Counted from the first letter of the stretch, positions 9,577 to 19,891 are shown. The stretch: 64,000 nucleotides of DNA from Bacteroidales bacterium (GCA_024401695.1 JAKSKN010000008.1:2871-66870); one strand, 5' to 3'. Notes: generated by a model from the letters alone, not told the origin. Translations and numbers: made by a program.

Positions 9577-12297
9577 ATGCAGGATTATATCTATTCCGTC
9601 ATCGGACTGATCGCGATTGCAATCCACCTCATCATCAATGTGAGAGTGATGTTCAAGCCCGACGGCAGCAGCAGCCAGAAAGCGGCCGGCAAGTACCGTT
9701 TCCTGATGATTGCCTTCTTCTTGTACTATATCACCGATATTCTGTGGGGTGTTCTGGCCGGACTGAACTGGATTCCGGCGCTTTTTGTAGATACGACGGC
9801 CTACTATATAGCGATGTCATTGGCAATCGTCGGCTTCTACCGGTACATCGTCGAATATCTGGGAATGGAAGGCTGGCGGGCCAGACTCTTCAACTACCTG
9901 GGTGGCGGATTCTTCATACTTGAGAACATCTTCCTGATAATCAATTTCTTCTATCCGTGCTTCTTCTGGTTTGACGCGAGCGATGCCTATATCGCAGGTC
10001 CTGTAAGATATGCTGCTCTCCAAGTCCAGGTGGGGATGTTCGCATTGTCCACCATAATCATCGGCATTGAAGCCTTCAAATCAGGAAGCGCTGAAAAGAA
10101 ACGCCACGTCGCGATCTTCTCCTTCAGCCTGATAATGCTGCTTGCCATCATTTTCCAGGAAAAGTATCCGCTGCTCCCTCTCTATGCACTTGGCTGCCTC
10201 ATCGGAAGTTGCGTGCTCCACATCTATGTCATCTGGGATGAAATGGAAGAATCTTCCAGCAAGCTTTCTTATTACAAACAGGCCATTCTTTCAGATGCTC
10301 TGATTTCGCTTGAAACCAATCTTTCGAAGGACGAGCTGTTCTACGGCGCGTGGAAGGATGATGACGGCAACAAAGTGCCTTTGAAAGAAATAATAGGGCT
10401 TGACCTGCCCTGCAGCTACGACGAATACATCAACGCGTGGAACAGCCGCTTTGTCCTGAAGAACGACATAAGATCCTTCGAGAACAAAACCGACAGGGAA
10501 TATCTGCTGCACTGCTTCGAGAACGGCAAGAGTGTGGTCACTTTCGATTACGAAGCCAGGACCATTTCCGGGAAAGCCACCTGGCTGCGCCGCAGCATCT
10601 CGATGATCCGGAATCAGGCCGGCGACGTGATTGCCTATACAAAGGTTAAGGATGTGTCCGACCTTATTGCACAGCAGAAGCGCGAGGAAGCCTATATGCA
10701 GGCACTTGCGACCGAATATGACAGCATTTCGATCATCAGCTTCGCAAAAGACAAGGCAGATGATAAAGTCCTGGTCGTCAGCCGTCTGACCGGCACTATG
10801 GCATCCTTGATCGATGAGGAGACCACCAGAGAGGAGAATTTCAGCAAAAAGCTTGATCTGATGCTGCGGGTCGTCCATCCGGACGACAGGGACAGCTTCC
10901 GGGCGAACACCTCCCGGGAGAAGACCCTGGAGACATTTGCAGAAGGCAGGAACCACGTCGTGGATTTCAGAATCATCGGGAAGGATGGCTCCGCTCTGTA
11001 TTACCAGCTCTGCTTTGTGGCGCTCAGGGATGAAGACGAAAAACCTGTAGGGATGGTTGCAGGCATACGAAGCATAGACGAGGAGATGCGCAAGGAAATC
11101 GGGGCCCGGCACGAATTGGAACAGGCGAAGATTGCCGCCGAAGCTGCGAACCAGGCGAAATCCACGTTCCTCTTCAATATGTCACACGACATCCGCACGC
11201 CTATGAATGCCATCATCGGATTCACTGATATCGCCGAGAAGCATATTGATGACAAGAAGAGCGTCCTTGAATCCCTGGGCAAGGTCAAGATATCCAGCAA
11301 CCATCTGCTACAGCTTGTCAATGACGTGCTGGATATGTCCAGGATCGAGGCGGGTACGGTCAGGATCGAGACAGAACCGGTCTGCATCGATACAGCAAAG
11401 GATAATCTTTTCAGCCTCCTGAACGGCAGCGCGGAAGCGAAGGGTATCACCTTCACATCAGAAATCGATGATTCCGTAATCCACCACTGGATATATTCAG
11501 ACAGGCTGCACGTGATGCGCGTCCTCACCAATGTCATTTCAAACTCAATAAAATATACCAACCCTGGAGGGAAGATCGGAATGCTCATCGAGGAGTTGCC
11601 GTGTGAAAAAGAAGGATTTGCGCATTACCGCTATACCGTCACCGACACAGGAATAGGAATGAGCGAAGAATTCCTCTCTCACATATTCGAACCTTTCTCC
11701 AGAGCTGAAAGCGCGACGAAGAGCGGCGTGATAGGGACCGGGCTTGGTATGTCGATCACGAAATCGCTCGTGGACCTTATGGGCGGCACGATTTCCATCG
11801 AGAGCAAGCCTGGCATCGGCACCACGGTGAGGATTGAGTTTGAAAACAGGATTGCAGAGCCTGTATCCCCTGCCTCGGATATTCCTGAAGACGTTGATTT
11901 CAATCTCGAAGGCAGGAAGATACTCCTCGTCGAGGACAATGAACTCAACCGCGAGATCGCCACAATGATTCTTGAAAATGAGGGCATCGTCATCGATGTC
12001 GCCGAGGATGGCGACATTGCCGTGGAAAAGATGCGCAATGCCGAAGAGGGGCAGTACGACCTGATCCTGATGGATATCCAGATGCCGCGTATGAACGGCT
12101 ATGATGCAACCAGGGCGATACGCGCGCTTCCGGGCGGCTATGCTTCCGGCATACCTATCATTGCGATGACCGCAAATGCCTTCGAGGAAGACAGACAGAA
12201 CGCATTTGCCGCCGGTATGAACGGCCACGTGGCAAAACCTATCGATGTGCCTACCCTGCTGAAAACACTTTCGGAAACAATGAGAGGAATGGAATGA
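9577..12297 (+). CDS. Membrane-bound hybrid sensor histidine kinase/response regulator with PAS-like domains
   Basis: About 7 N-terminal TMs; [17 protein letters not shown]-box; N, G1, F, G2 boxes; receiver [10 protein letters not shown]...LMDIQMP...KP. Confidence 0.92.
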   Translation: MQDYIYSVIGLIAIAIHLIINVRVMFKPDGSSSQKAAGKYRFLMIAFFLYYITDILWGVLAGLNWIPALFVDTTAYYIAMSLAIVGFYRYIVEYLGMEGWRARLFNYLGGGFFILENIFLIINFFYPCFFWFDASDAYIAGPVRYAALQVQVGMFALSTIIIGIEAFKSGSAEKKRHVAIFSFSLIMLLAIIFQEKYPLLPLYALGCLIGSCVLHIYVIWDEMEESSSKLSYYKQAILSDALISLETNLSKDELFYGAWKDDDGNKVPLKEIIGLDLPCSYDEYINAWNSRFVLKNDIRSFENKTDREYLLHCFENGKSVVTFDYEARTISGKATWLRRSISMIRNQAGDVIAYTKVKDVSDLIAQQKREEAYMQALATEYDSISIISFAKDKADDKVLVVSRLTGTMASLIDEETTREENFSKKLDLMLRVVHPDDRDSFRANTSREKTLETFAEGRNHVVDFRIIGKDGSALYYQLCFVALRDEDEKPVGMVAGIRSIDEEMRKEIGARHELEQAKIAAEAANQAKSTFLFNMSHDIRTPMNAIIGFTDIAEKHIDDKKSVLESLGKVKISSNHLLQLVNDVLDMSRIEAGTVRIETEPVCIDTAKDNLFSLLNGSAEAKGITFTSEIDDSVIHHWIYSDRLHVMRVLTNVISNSIKYTNPGGKIGMLIEELPCEKEGFAHYRYTVTDTGIGMSEEFLSHIFEPFSRAESATKSGVIGTGLGMSITKSLVDLMGGTISIESKPGIGTTVRIEFENRIAEPVSPASDIPEDVDFNLEGRKILLVEDNELNREIATMILENEGIVIDVAEDGDIAVEKMRNAEEGQYDLILMDIQMPRMNGYDATRAIRALPGGYASGIPIIAMTANAFEEDRQNAFAAGMNGHVAKPIDVPTLLKTLSETMRGME

Positions 12298-12299
12298 TT

Positions 12300-12315
12300 T
12301 AGGGGAAAACCCCTA
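12300..12315. promoter_or_regulatory. 6-4-6 palindrome, candidate operator
   Basis: TAGGGG-AAAA-CCCCTA, 23 nt upstream of a -7-like GAAATTTG (12339-12346). Confidence 0.45.
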
Positions 12316-12375
12316 TTTCCGAGGCCGTAGTTTTTTCCGAAATTTGCATCCAATGGAAATCATATGCATCTATTT

Positions 12376-13875
12376 ATGAAAAAAGCTCTCATCATTCTAT
12401 CAGCGCTGTTCGCCGCGCTTTGTGCTTACGCCGGAAATGACATCGAATACTATTGGATCGGCGACCTTCCCGACGACGCCGGACAGATAAAGATAACCGC
12501 CGCGCGCCGCACGACGGACAACCTCCTCATCGGCCAGCTCTACTGGGATGAAATCACTTACGACATCGCCGGCTGGCAGGACCCCACCGACCCGGACAGG
12601 ATAGGATTCACGATGTTCAGAAGCGGCTTCAATGAAGGCTCGGTAATGGCTTCCATCGATGATGAAGGGAATCTCGAGGGCAGGATCAAGATTGGCTATT
12701 TCTCATCGAAGATGCACCTCACCGGCCTAAAGCCGGCGGCTGGTTACCCTGACCAGTTCACACATCCGTCAATCAACGATATGGCCAGGTTCACCTGCTA
12801 TTCAGCGACAATGGCGGAAGTGCAGGAGGACGACAACGACCTGTACACGCCAAGCGTCGTCATCGAAAAGGACGGAGCCGGCAAGTTTGCGTTCAAGCAT
12901 ATCAGATACGAACTGGAAGATGGCCTGAGCTCACTTGACCTTCTCATTGACGGCACCGAGATAAATGATTCATACGAATATGTCGATGGTGTCTTCACCT
13001 ACGAGAACCCGCCTCACTATGTTGAATTCGAAGTCTTCAACAAATTCCTCGTCGTTCACTACGCGAATGAGGAAGGACTGGAAGAGGGAGCGTCCAACAG
13101 ATACTCGAGGGCAGACGGCATCTACGCATACAAGGCTTCATTCGATGAGTATGAGAACGCTTTCTTCCACCCTTATTTCTACGGCTTCTACGCCGACGGA
13201 GATGGTGAGAACGATGACGAAGGAGATTTCCTGGGCGACGAAGAGAGCGATTACGTGGTCGGAGACGCTGCATGGGGTGTCAGACAGGACTATGAGGATG
13301 TGCTGGAACTGTCACTTCTCATCAACACCAGCCGCATCTACCAAAAGAAGTTCCCTGTCGATCTCGCACAGGCTTCCAGACCGAACATCGACCTGTATTT
13401 CCGTTCACTCGCATACGAATTCAAGGATTTCAAGGGCCTTTTCAAGAACGCTCTGCCTAAGGCTCAGCCTGATATGAAGAACGGCTATCTCAACGTGAGC
13501 GTTCCTGGCAAGTTTGGCGGCGAAGGCATCGAGATGTGTTTCTGGCGCGGAGCCGAAGGCAAGGACGTAGTAGCCCTCAAGCTTAGCTACGACGAATTCG
13601 ACGTCAACGAGGAATGGGGCGACAGATTGGCCTGGACGCTGTATTTCTTCAAATACAATCCTTCTGACAATTCCCTCTCATTCCTCAGCAGATGGAGCAA
13701 ACGCGGGGCAAGCGGCGCCGCAGATGAGCGATATGACTGCCCTGCTGATCTTGGAGAAGTGGAAGAAGTCAAGCTCCCGCAGGTAGGCAAGACCATCAAG
13801 TTCCTGGACGCCAATGGCAACGTGATGCAGTCCTGCGAATGGAATGCCGACGCCCAGTGGTTCAAGTGGAATTAA
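12376..13875 (+). CDS. Exported acidic hypothetical protein, paralog of the next gene
   Basis: Signal peptide ending AYA; GIEMCFWRGAEGKDVVAL motif shared with 13891-15357. Confidence 0.8.
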   Translation: MKKALIILSALFAALCAYAGNDIEYYWIGDLPDDAGQIKITAARRTTDNLLIGQLYWDEITYDIAGWQDPTDPDRIGFTMFRSGFNEGSVMASIDDEGNLEGRIKIGYFSSKMHLTGLKPAAGYPDQFTHPSINDMARFTCYSATMAEVQEDDNDLYTPSVVIEKDGAGKFAFKHIRYELEDGLSSLDLLIDGTEINDSYEYVDGVFTYENPPHYVEFEVFNKFLVVHYANEEGLEEGASNRYSRADGIYAYKASFDEYENAFFHPYFYGFYADGDGENDDEGDFLGDEESDYVVGDAAWGVRQDYEDVLELSLLINTSRIYQKKFPVDLAQASRPNIDLYFRSLAYEFKDFKGLFKNALPKAQPDMKNGYLNVSVPGKFGGEGIEMCFWRGAEGKDVVALKLSYDEFDVNEEWGDRLAWTLYFFKYNPSDNSLSFLSRWSKRGASGAADERYDCPADLGEVEEVKLPQVGKTIKFLDANGNVMQSCEWNADAQWFKWN

Positions 13876-13890
13876 AATCACTATAACTAT

Positions 13891-15357
13891 ATGATTATCA
13901 AAAGGTTATTCAGCGCGCTCTGCGCGCTGGCCGTTTGCGTCGGCTGTGCCGGCGCAAAAAAGGTTGAATGCAAGTCGGCATCGGGCATTCTCGATCCGCT
14001 CGGCTACAGGCTCGATCTGAACATAGCATACAACGCCGACGGCTACTACGCAGGCAACTTCACCTTCGATGAGAAGACGTATATCGCCTTCGGCCGCACA
14101 TATGATGTTGACGACCCGGAAATCTCATTGCAGCTGTTCGAGAACGGATGCCTTGTCGGGGATCTCAATGTGATGTACGAGGAGGATATGGACCGCTGCG
14201 CCGGCACTTTCAACCAGGAAGACGGCAACAGGTTCGACATCGAGATGCGCACGAAGTCGGGCGCCACGATGGAGGACCCGTTCGAGCACCCGTCCTTTGA
14301 CAGCTTCGGCAGATACAACATCTACCACTTCCAGGTGGAGAGCGCAGATTATTTCTTCGCCAAGAGCATGATTCTCGTCAAGGACAGGAACGGCTTCGCC
14401 TTCTACCTGTCAGGCACGGGCGTCAACGGATACGGTTCCGTACAGAACTTCAACACGGAGAGCTGGACGGTCGTTCCGTACAAGGATGGCAAGATCACTT
14501 TCAAGGATGCTTATGACGACACCTTCGTGATTGAATTCTACAAGGATTTCATCATCGCGAAATGCCTTGAGGCCGAGGCCGTAGAGGATTACGAGAGCGA
14601 TGCAGCCTTCGCAAGCGGTGTCTTCATGTACACGGAAAGTACCGGAACATTCAATGAGTCCTGGCTCTCCCAGGGCGGTGAAGGAGACTGGAGCGATATG
14701 CCGGGGTCAGCCCTCACCAACTATTGGCCGTCCGGGAACTATCCGGACGTGGAGGATTTGCGGAACCACATCAAGGCATACGATATGGATGACCTGAGGA
14801 TCCCTGTTGACCTTGGAGGCGCTGATAGGACCAATATCCTGTCTTACTTCCGCGCCATTGCAAAGTCATTCAACAAAGGCATTCTCGGCAAGGCGCTCAG
14901 GGCTGCCGACGGCAAGGCCGCAGCCGGAGTCCAGTGGACCCTTGACACCCGCAACGGCTACTGCAAATGCATTGTCCCGGACAAGACGGGAAAGGAAGGT
15001 ATGGAAATGTGCTTCTGGCGCGGCCGTGACGGCAAGGACGTCGTCGCGCTAAATCTGCAGTACATAGGCTTGAACCCGAACGACGAGTCAGATATGCGCA
15101 TGCAGTATCTCGGGGTATTCTTCCAGTACAACCCTGCGAACAAGACACTCATGCCGGTCAGCACGAACGGCAACAACACCTTCTCGCTTTTCCAGTGCAC
15201 TGAATTGTACGGTGTCTTCCCTGACGACGCCGAGGATATCGATTCGATGAAGCTCCCTCGCGAGGGCAAGACCATCGAGTTCCTCACCTCCGACGGCGCA
15301 GTCAGGCACGCACTCCAGTGGAATGCCGAATCGCAGTGGTTCGATTGGACCAAATAG
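13891..15357 (+). CDS. Hypothetical lipoprotein, paralog of the previous gene
   Basis: Lipobox-like AVCVGC; GMEMCFWRGRDGKDVVAL; C-terminal WNAESQWFDW matches WNADAQWFKW. Confidence 0.8.
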   Translation: MIIKRLFSALCALAVCVGCAGAKKVECKSASGILDPLGYRLDLNIAYNADGYYAGNFTFDEKTYIAFGRTYDVDDPEISLQLFENGCLVGDLNVMYEEDMDRCAGTFNQEDGNRFDIEMRTKSGATMEDPFEHPSFDSFGRYNIYHFQVESADYFFAKSMILVKDRNGFAFYLSGTGVNGYGSVQNFNTESWTVVPYKDGKITFKDAYDDTFVIEFYKDFIIAKCLEAEAVEDYESDAAFASGVFMYTESTGTFNESWLSQGGEGDWSDMPGSALTNYWPSGNYPDVEDLRNHIKAYDMDDLRIPVDLGGADRTNILSYFRAIAKSFNKGILGKALRAADGKAAAGVQWTLDTRNGYCKCIVPDKTGKEGMEMCFWRGRDGKDVVALNLQYIGLNPNDESDMRMQYLGVFFQYNPANKTLMPVSTNGNNTFSLFQCTELYGVFPDDAEDIDSMKLPREGKTIEFLTSDGAVRHALQWNAESQWFDWTK

Positions 15358-15415
15358 GATCGATCTCATCAAATTTTCATCTCAAGATATTTCCATAGCT
15401 AAGTTAAGTGAAGCG

Positions 15416-15555
15416 AAAAATATAAGTTGGTTAAGATTGTCGAGAATTATTGAGGACAGATTTTGCTCTGAAGAGGGAGCATAGCGGGCTATGTGACCGA
15501 TGAAGAGTGAAATATGGACCAATAAGTCGAAGACAAGATTACCAAGTTATTTTTT
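15416..15555. repeat. 140-bp hairpin/MITE-like element, copy 2
   Basis: AAAAATATAAGTTGGTTAAGATT ... GGAGCATAGCGGGCTATGTGAC ... AAGATTACCAAGTTATTTTTT. Confidence 0.75.
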
Positions 15556-15626
15556 GAGATACACTAACATCTTTTTTGCAATAATAGTCTTATCTTTATA
15601 CGGCGAAACAATTAACTCCACCGGAT

Positions 15627-16061
15627 ATGGAACTGACAGAAAGCACCGCATTGATACGTTTGGGCATAAGCCTTCTTCTGGGAGCCTGCATAGGCATTGA
15701 GCGGGAGATACACAACCATCCTGCAGGACTGCGCACGTTCACACTCATCAGCATCGCTTCAACTCTGGCAATGCTCGTGTCAATCTGGGTCTGCCAGACA
15801 AATACTCATCTTATTAACGGTGACCCCGGCCGCATCGCGGCCCAGGTCCTCACCGGTGTCGGCTTCATCGGCGCCGGCCTCATCATCAAGAATTCCGCCA
15901 GCATCTCCGGCATCACGACCGCGGCCTGCGTCTTCGTGACATCCGTCATCGGCCTTGCCGTTGGCGCCGGCATGCTGCTCACAGGCGCCGCCGTCACGGC
16001 AGCAACAATAATCCTGCTCGTCTCATCACAGTTCCTCAAATTGGGGAAAGGAAAGAAGTGA
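15627..16061 (+). CDS. mgtC: MgtC/SapB family membrane protein
   Basis: IGIERE..NHPAGLRTF, DPGRIAAQVLTGVGFIGAG. Confidence 0.88.
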   Translation: MELTESTALIRLGISLLLGACIGIEREIHNHPAGLRTFTLISIASTLAMLVSIWVCQTNTHLINGDPGRIAAQVLTGVGFIGAGLIIKNSASISGITTAACVFVTSVIGLAVGAGMLLTGAAVTAATIILLVSSQFLKLGKGKK

Positions 16062-16097
16062 TCATCTGACTGCTCCCACGAATGAATTCGTGGGGTT

Positions 16098-17240
16098 CTA
16101 CTCTATCGCTCCCAACGGAGCGATTGGCGAGTACCGGGACAGCCCTTCCCGGAGTATGTTTTCCGCGGCGTTGCCGTCACGGTCGTGATGCGTCCCGCAT
16201 TCGGGACAGGTCCAATCACGGACGTTCAGGTTCTTGACCCTAATGTTCTTATAGCCGCAATTGCCGCAGGTCTGACTCGATGCGAACCAGCGGTCAATCT
16301 CAATCACCGTGTCGCACTTATACCTCAGCATTTCCTTGAAAATTGTCCAGCCACAATCCGATATGGCTTTTGCAAAATGCCGGTTCTTCACCATACCCTT
16401 GACGTTCAGGCTCTCAACGCAGACAATGCTGTATTCGGATGCAATCAGGCTGCTGACCTTATTCAGGTAGTCCCGTCTCTGGTTGCGGATCTTTTCGTGA
16501 CATCTGGCAACCGCCTCCTTCGCCTTGTACCAGTTCTTTGACTGAGGCTCACGCTCTCCAATCTTGCGACCCCTGTCATCGTAGATGTCCTTTGACTTGT
16601 CATAGCGTCTGGCCATCGTACGCTGCAGAACCCTCAGGTGCTTCAGTTCGGAAGTGTAGTGTTTTTGGTTTTCAAACACCACTCCGTCCGAACATACGGC
16701 AAAGGATTTCACACCGACGTCAATGCCGACAGCCTGACCGTTGTTCAGGGGTATGCGGTCCGGAGTTTCATAGAGTACGGATATGTAATATCTGTCAGTC
16801 GTTGTGCGGCTGACGGTAAAGGAATGTATCTTCGACTGTTCTATGGGCTTGTCCCTGTAGAACTTCACGGAACCCAGTTTCGGGATGCTCACCCTCCAAC
16901 GGGAATAGTCTATTCTGCAGGGTACCGGGATACGGAAAGACTCGTTGTTCCCCTTGCGGTGGAACACCGGCCAGCCGTTGTGTCCGTTCCATTTGTTCCT
17001 GAAAGCCTTGCCGAGGTCGATGATTGACTGCTGCAGGGCCTGTGACGGCACTTCCTTCAGCCATTCGTTCTCTGCCTTGAGTTGCGGAAGGCGCTTTATC
17101 AGAGCATAGTTGGATACTTTGTTCTCCCGTGCGAATGCCAGGGCGTTGTTATACACGAACCGGCAGCAGCCGCAGGTGCGGTTGATTAGCGAACGCTGCG
17201 TGGCGTTCGGACGGAGCTCGTATTTTATCGCCCTAAGCAT
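16098..17240 (-). CDS. tnpB: TnpB RNA-guided endonuclease
   Basis: N-terminal HTH (GCCRFVYN), RuvC VGIDVG / VESLNV / DRDGNAA, zinc finger CGNCG...CPECG. Confidence 0.95.
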   Translation of the reverse strand: MLRAIKYELRPNATQRSLINRTCGCCRFVYNNALAFARENKVSNYALIKRLPQLKAENEWLKEVPSQALQQSIIDLGKAFRNKWNGHNGWPVFHRKGNNESFRIPVPCRIDYSRWRVSIPKLGSVKFYRDKPIEQSKIHSFTVSRTTTDRYYISVLYETPDRIPLNNGQAVGIDVGVKSFAVCSDGVVFENQKHYTSELKHLRVLQRTMARRYDKSKDIYDDRGRKIGEREPQSKNWYKAKEAVARCHEKIRNQRRDYLNKVSSLIASEYSIVCVESLNVKGMVKNRHFAKAISDCGWTIFKEMLRYKCDTVIEIDRWFASSQTCGNCGYKNIRVKNLNVRDWTCPECGTHHDRDGNAAENILREGLSRYSPIAPLGAIE

Positions 17241-17673
17241 TTTTCTGATTCTCGATGTATTTGCGGATAGTCTCTTCCGAGATACATCCGATAGTCTCGC
17301 AATAGTACGAGCGGGTCCACAACGTATTCAACCGTTTGTTCAGATGCGGAAATTCAGCACGAAGCATCCTGGAACTTATTGCCTTGAGATTCTTTACAAT
17401 CAGATGCACAGGGGTGATCGGATTCCCCTTCAGGAACACATGCACGTGATCCGGCATTACTTCCATTGACTGTATCTCACAGTCCAAGGATCTTGCGATT
17501 TCAGGCAACAGCTCCTTTAACCTCTCGTCAACACCGTCCACAAGCACCTTGCGTCTGTATTTCGGACACCAGATGATATGGTAGTTGATGTTGACTACGG
17601 ATTTGTTGTTATGTGCAAGAACCTTTCCCATATTCGTTATGTACAAATATAGCGAATATTCTTTGATTTTCAT
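17233..17673 (-). CDS. tnpA: TnpA HUH (Y1) transposase
   Basis: YHIIWCPKYRR, MPDHVH (HUH), LWTRSYY; start may be ATG near 17631. Confidence 0.95.
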   Translation of the reverse strand: MKIKEYSLYLYITNMGKVLAHNNKSVVNINYHIIWCPKYRRKVLVDGVDERLKELLPEIARSLDCEIQSMEVMPDHVHVFLKGNPITPVHLIVKNLKAISSRMLRAEFPHLNKRLNTLWTRSYYCETIGCISEETIRKYIENQKNA

Positions 17674-17736
17674 AGAAAATCACGCCCTCTCATCCCACGA
17701 TTGAAATCGTGGGTTTTCCCGGGCGGAACTCATAAA

Positions 17737-17877
17737 CTTCGAAAGGACCTGGTTCAGGCGCAGCTTGTCGCAGACGATGCGTTCATCCCTGAGGTCAACG
17801 GTTTCAATCGAGAAATCGTGGCGCTTGTTCTGAATGTCGGCCATAGATATATCCTTTATGGTGCCGATGCTCTTCAA
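17737..17877 (-). pseudogene. Orphan internal fragment of a hybrid histidine kinase
   Basis: ADIQNKRHDFSIETVDLRDERIVCDKLRLNQVL resembles the HisKA-to-HATPase linker preceding the N box; both ends missing. Confidence 0.6.
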
Positions 17878-17885
17878 ATAGCCGG

Positions 17886-19145
17886 TCAGATATGCTTCTT
17901 CAGGGTCAGCGTGCGGCTGATTGAGTCCGGAAGTTCGTTGTCGAAATGGGTGACGAACAGAAGGGTCTTGTGCGGTCTGGCAACGAATGCGTCGATTATC
18001 TGACGCACACGGTGGCAGTTCTGCGGATCGAGTCCGTGCATAGGCTCGTCGAGAATCAGCAGTTCCGGGTCCTTCACGAATGCGCGCGCGAGCAGGCAGA
18101 GCCGCTGCTCGCCGCTGGAAAGCTTGAGATAAGGCCTGTCAGCAAGTGCATCGATGCCGAATATCCGCATCCATTTACGGACTGTCTCAAGCTGCCCGGC
18201 GTCAGCGTGCATATACGTGCCCACCGTATCGAAAAAGCCGCTTGCAACAGCTTCCAATGCAGAGATATTCTTCTGGTAGGCGCGATGCATCTCCGGGCTT
18301 ACATAGCCTATGTGCTTCTTTATGTCCCAGATGCTCTCGCCCGAGCCGCGCTTGTGGCCGAACAACTCGATATCGCAGGCGTAGGCCTGCGGGTTGTCGG
18401 CGCATACAAGCGACAGAAGCGTCGATTTGCCGGAGCCGTTCTCGCCTCTGACAGCCCAGCACTCCCCTTCGTGCACGGTCCAGTCGAGCGACTTCAGGAT
18501 TGTCCGCTCGCCATAGCGTATGGACACACCGTTGCACTTCACTATTTCAGCATTCTCGCAGGAAGGATAGAACCTGACAGCGGAAAGGTCTTTTTGAGGC
18601 AAGGAAGCTATCGCTTCGCGGCATTCTTCAGGAAGGTCGCGGACCGGAGTGTCTTCGCCCACACGGACTACGCGCGTTATGAAGGAAGGCATAATCGCAT
18701 CGCCCGGCATCACCAGAATGATGCTTCGGCCGCCTTCTGCGGCAATCTGCGCGAGCATTTCCGTGAAATCCTCGCGTGAACGGACGTCCAGTCCGAGGTA
18801 AGGATTGTCTATTATGAGATACGTCGCGCGCGACTTGAGAGCGCGCGCTATCCTGCGCTTGCGCAGTTCTCCGCTGGAAAGCGAGAACATATCCTTGGAC
18901 GAATCGTCAAGCTCGATGAGATTCGCCAGTTCCTGGGTGTTCCACCGGAGTTGCAGATAGTACGCACCGTCGGCATCGTCGCCATAGGTATCCTTGAACG
19001 CAATATATTCAGTATCAAACGGATGCTCCCGGCAGAACGCTTCTACGACCCGGGTCTTCCCCGCACCGTTGTTCCCTGTCAGCGCCACATTCTCGCCGGG
19101 CGACACGCACAGTCGCCCGTCAGGCTGCATATGCTCAGAATTCAT
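17886..19145 (-). CDS. modF: ModF-like ABC ATP-binding protein with two ATPase domains
   Basis: GNNGAGKT and GENGSGKS Walker A, LSSGE signatures, LILDEP; start at 19145 overlaps the nudC stop. Confidence 0.8.
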   Translation of the reverse strand: MNSEHMQPDGRLCVSPGENVALTGNNGAGKTRVVEAFCREHPFDTEYIAFKDTYGDDADGAYYLQLRWNTQELANLIELDDSSKDMFSLSSGELRKRRIARALKSRATYLIIDNPYLGLDVRSREDFTEMLAQIAAEGGRSIILVMPGDAIMPSFITRVVRVGEDTPVRDLPEECREAIASLPQKDLSAVRFYPSCENAEIVKCNGVSIRYGERTILKSLDWTVHEGECWAVRGENGSGKSTLLSLVCADNPQAYACDIELFGHKRGSGESIWDIKKHIGYVSPEMHRAYQKNISALEAVASGFFDTVGTYMHADAGQLETVRKWMRIFGIDALADRPYLKLSSGEQRLCLLARAFVKDPELLILDEPMHGLDPQNCHRVRQIIDAFVARPHKTLLFVTHFDNELPDSISRTLTLKKHI

Positions 19146-19869
19146 AGTGGATGAGTTTATATGAGATTGAGCCGCGACGCGGAGAAGCGGGAATCTCACC
19201 GCGCTTGAACCAGCGGCCTTCAAGGATTTCGGATTCCTGGACTTTCAGCTCACCTGATGCATATTCGGCATAAAAGCCGCACATCAGCTGATTCGGGAAC
19301 GGCCAGCCCTGGCTGCCGGCATAGCGTATGTTCTTGATTTCAAGGCCAACTTCCTCCCGCACCTCGCGGCGGAGAGCCTCTTCAAGCGATTCGCCTGTCT
19401 CCACGAAGCCTGCAAGGCAGGCAAATATATCCTGATTGCGCAGCCTGTGGCGAAGCAGAAGCATCTCGTCACCTCTCTCGATGACGGCAATCACGCAGGG
19501 GCAGATACGCGGATAATGCACTTTGCCGCAGGACGGGCAGACGAGGGCACCTTCGCTTTCGTGCGGCTGCAGACGGACTCCGCAGGAACAGCAGAAGCGG
19601 TTCTCGGAAAGCCAGCCGGCAAGGCCCTTCATCCTGGCGGCAAGCGCCGCATCCTCTTCCCCGCCAACGGCAAAGAACTCCCGCAGCTGCATCCATTCTC
19701 CCTCGGCCGCCTCGCCCGCAATCGCGCCCACAGCGCCGCAGGAGGTGTCTTCAAATACCAATGAACAGCCTTTGAGCGACTCTTCTGTCGCTCCTTTCAT
19801 CATCTCCTTGCCCCGGAATACGAATATCTTTTTCCCGCGGGCATCAATATCATTCAGCCTGATTGCCAT
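19135..19869 (-). CDS. nudC: NAD(H) diphosphatase
   Basis: FCCSCG...CPSC..VHYPRI zinc ribbon, Nudix box GFVETGESLEEALRREVREEVG, SQGWPFP. Confidence 0.9.
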   Translation of the reverse strand: MAIRLNDIDARGKKIFVFRGKEMMKGATEESLKGCSLVFEDTSCGAVGAIAGEAAEGEWMQLREFFAVGGEEDAALAARMKGLAGWLSENRFCCSCGVRLQPHESEGALVCPSCGKVHYPRICPCVIAVIERGDEMLLLRHRLRNQDIFACLAGFVETGESLEEALRREVREEVGLEIKNIRYAGSQGWPFPNQLMCGFYAEYASGELKVQESEILEGRWFKRGEIPASPRRGSISYKLIHYEF

Positions 19870-19891
19870 CGAGATGCAAAGATAGCATCAT

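Larger units (their letters stand above)
16066..17731 (-). mobile_element. IS200/IS605-family insertion sequence (tnpA-tnpB), apparently complete
   Basis: tnpA and tnpB overlap in tandem; subterminal hairpins CCCACG-N8-CGTGGG at 17694-17713 (left end) and 16075-16094 (right end); exact ends inferred, +/- a few nt. Confidence 0.9.

Noticed and set aside
3427-15555. 140-bp elements or other hairpins as CRISPR repeats
   Set aside because: Isolated copies 12 kb apart; no regular repeat-spacer period anywhere in the window
16066-17731. TnpB as a Cas12/CRISPR effector
   Set aside because: No repeat-spacer array or cas genes; adjacent tnpA and IS end hairpins explain it as IS200/IS605
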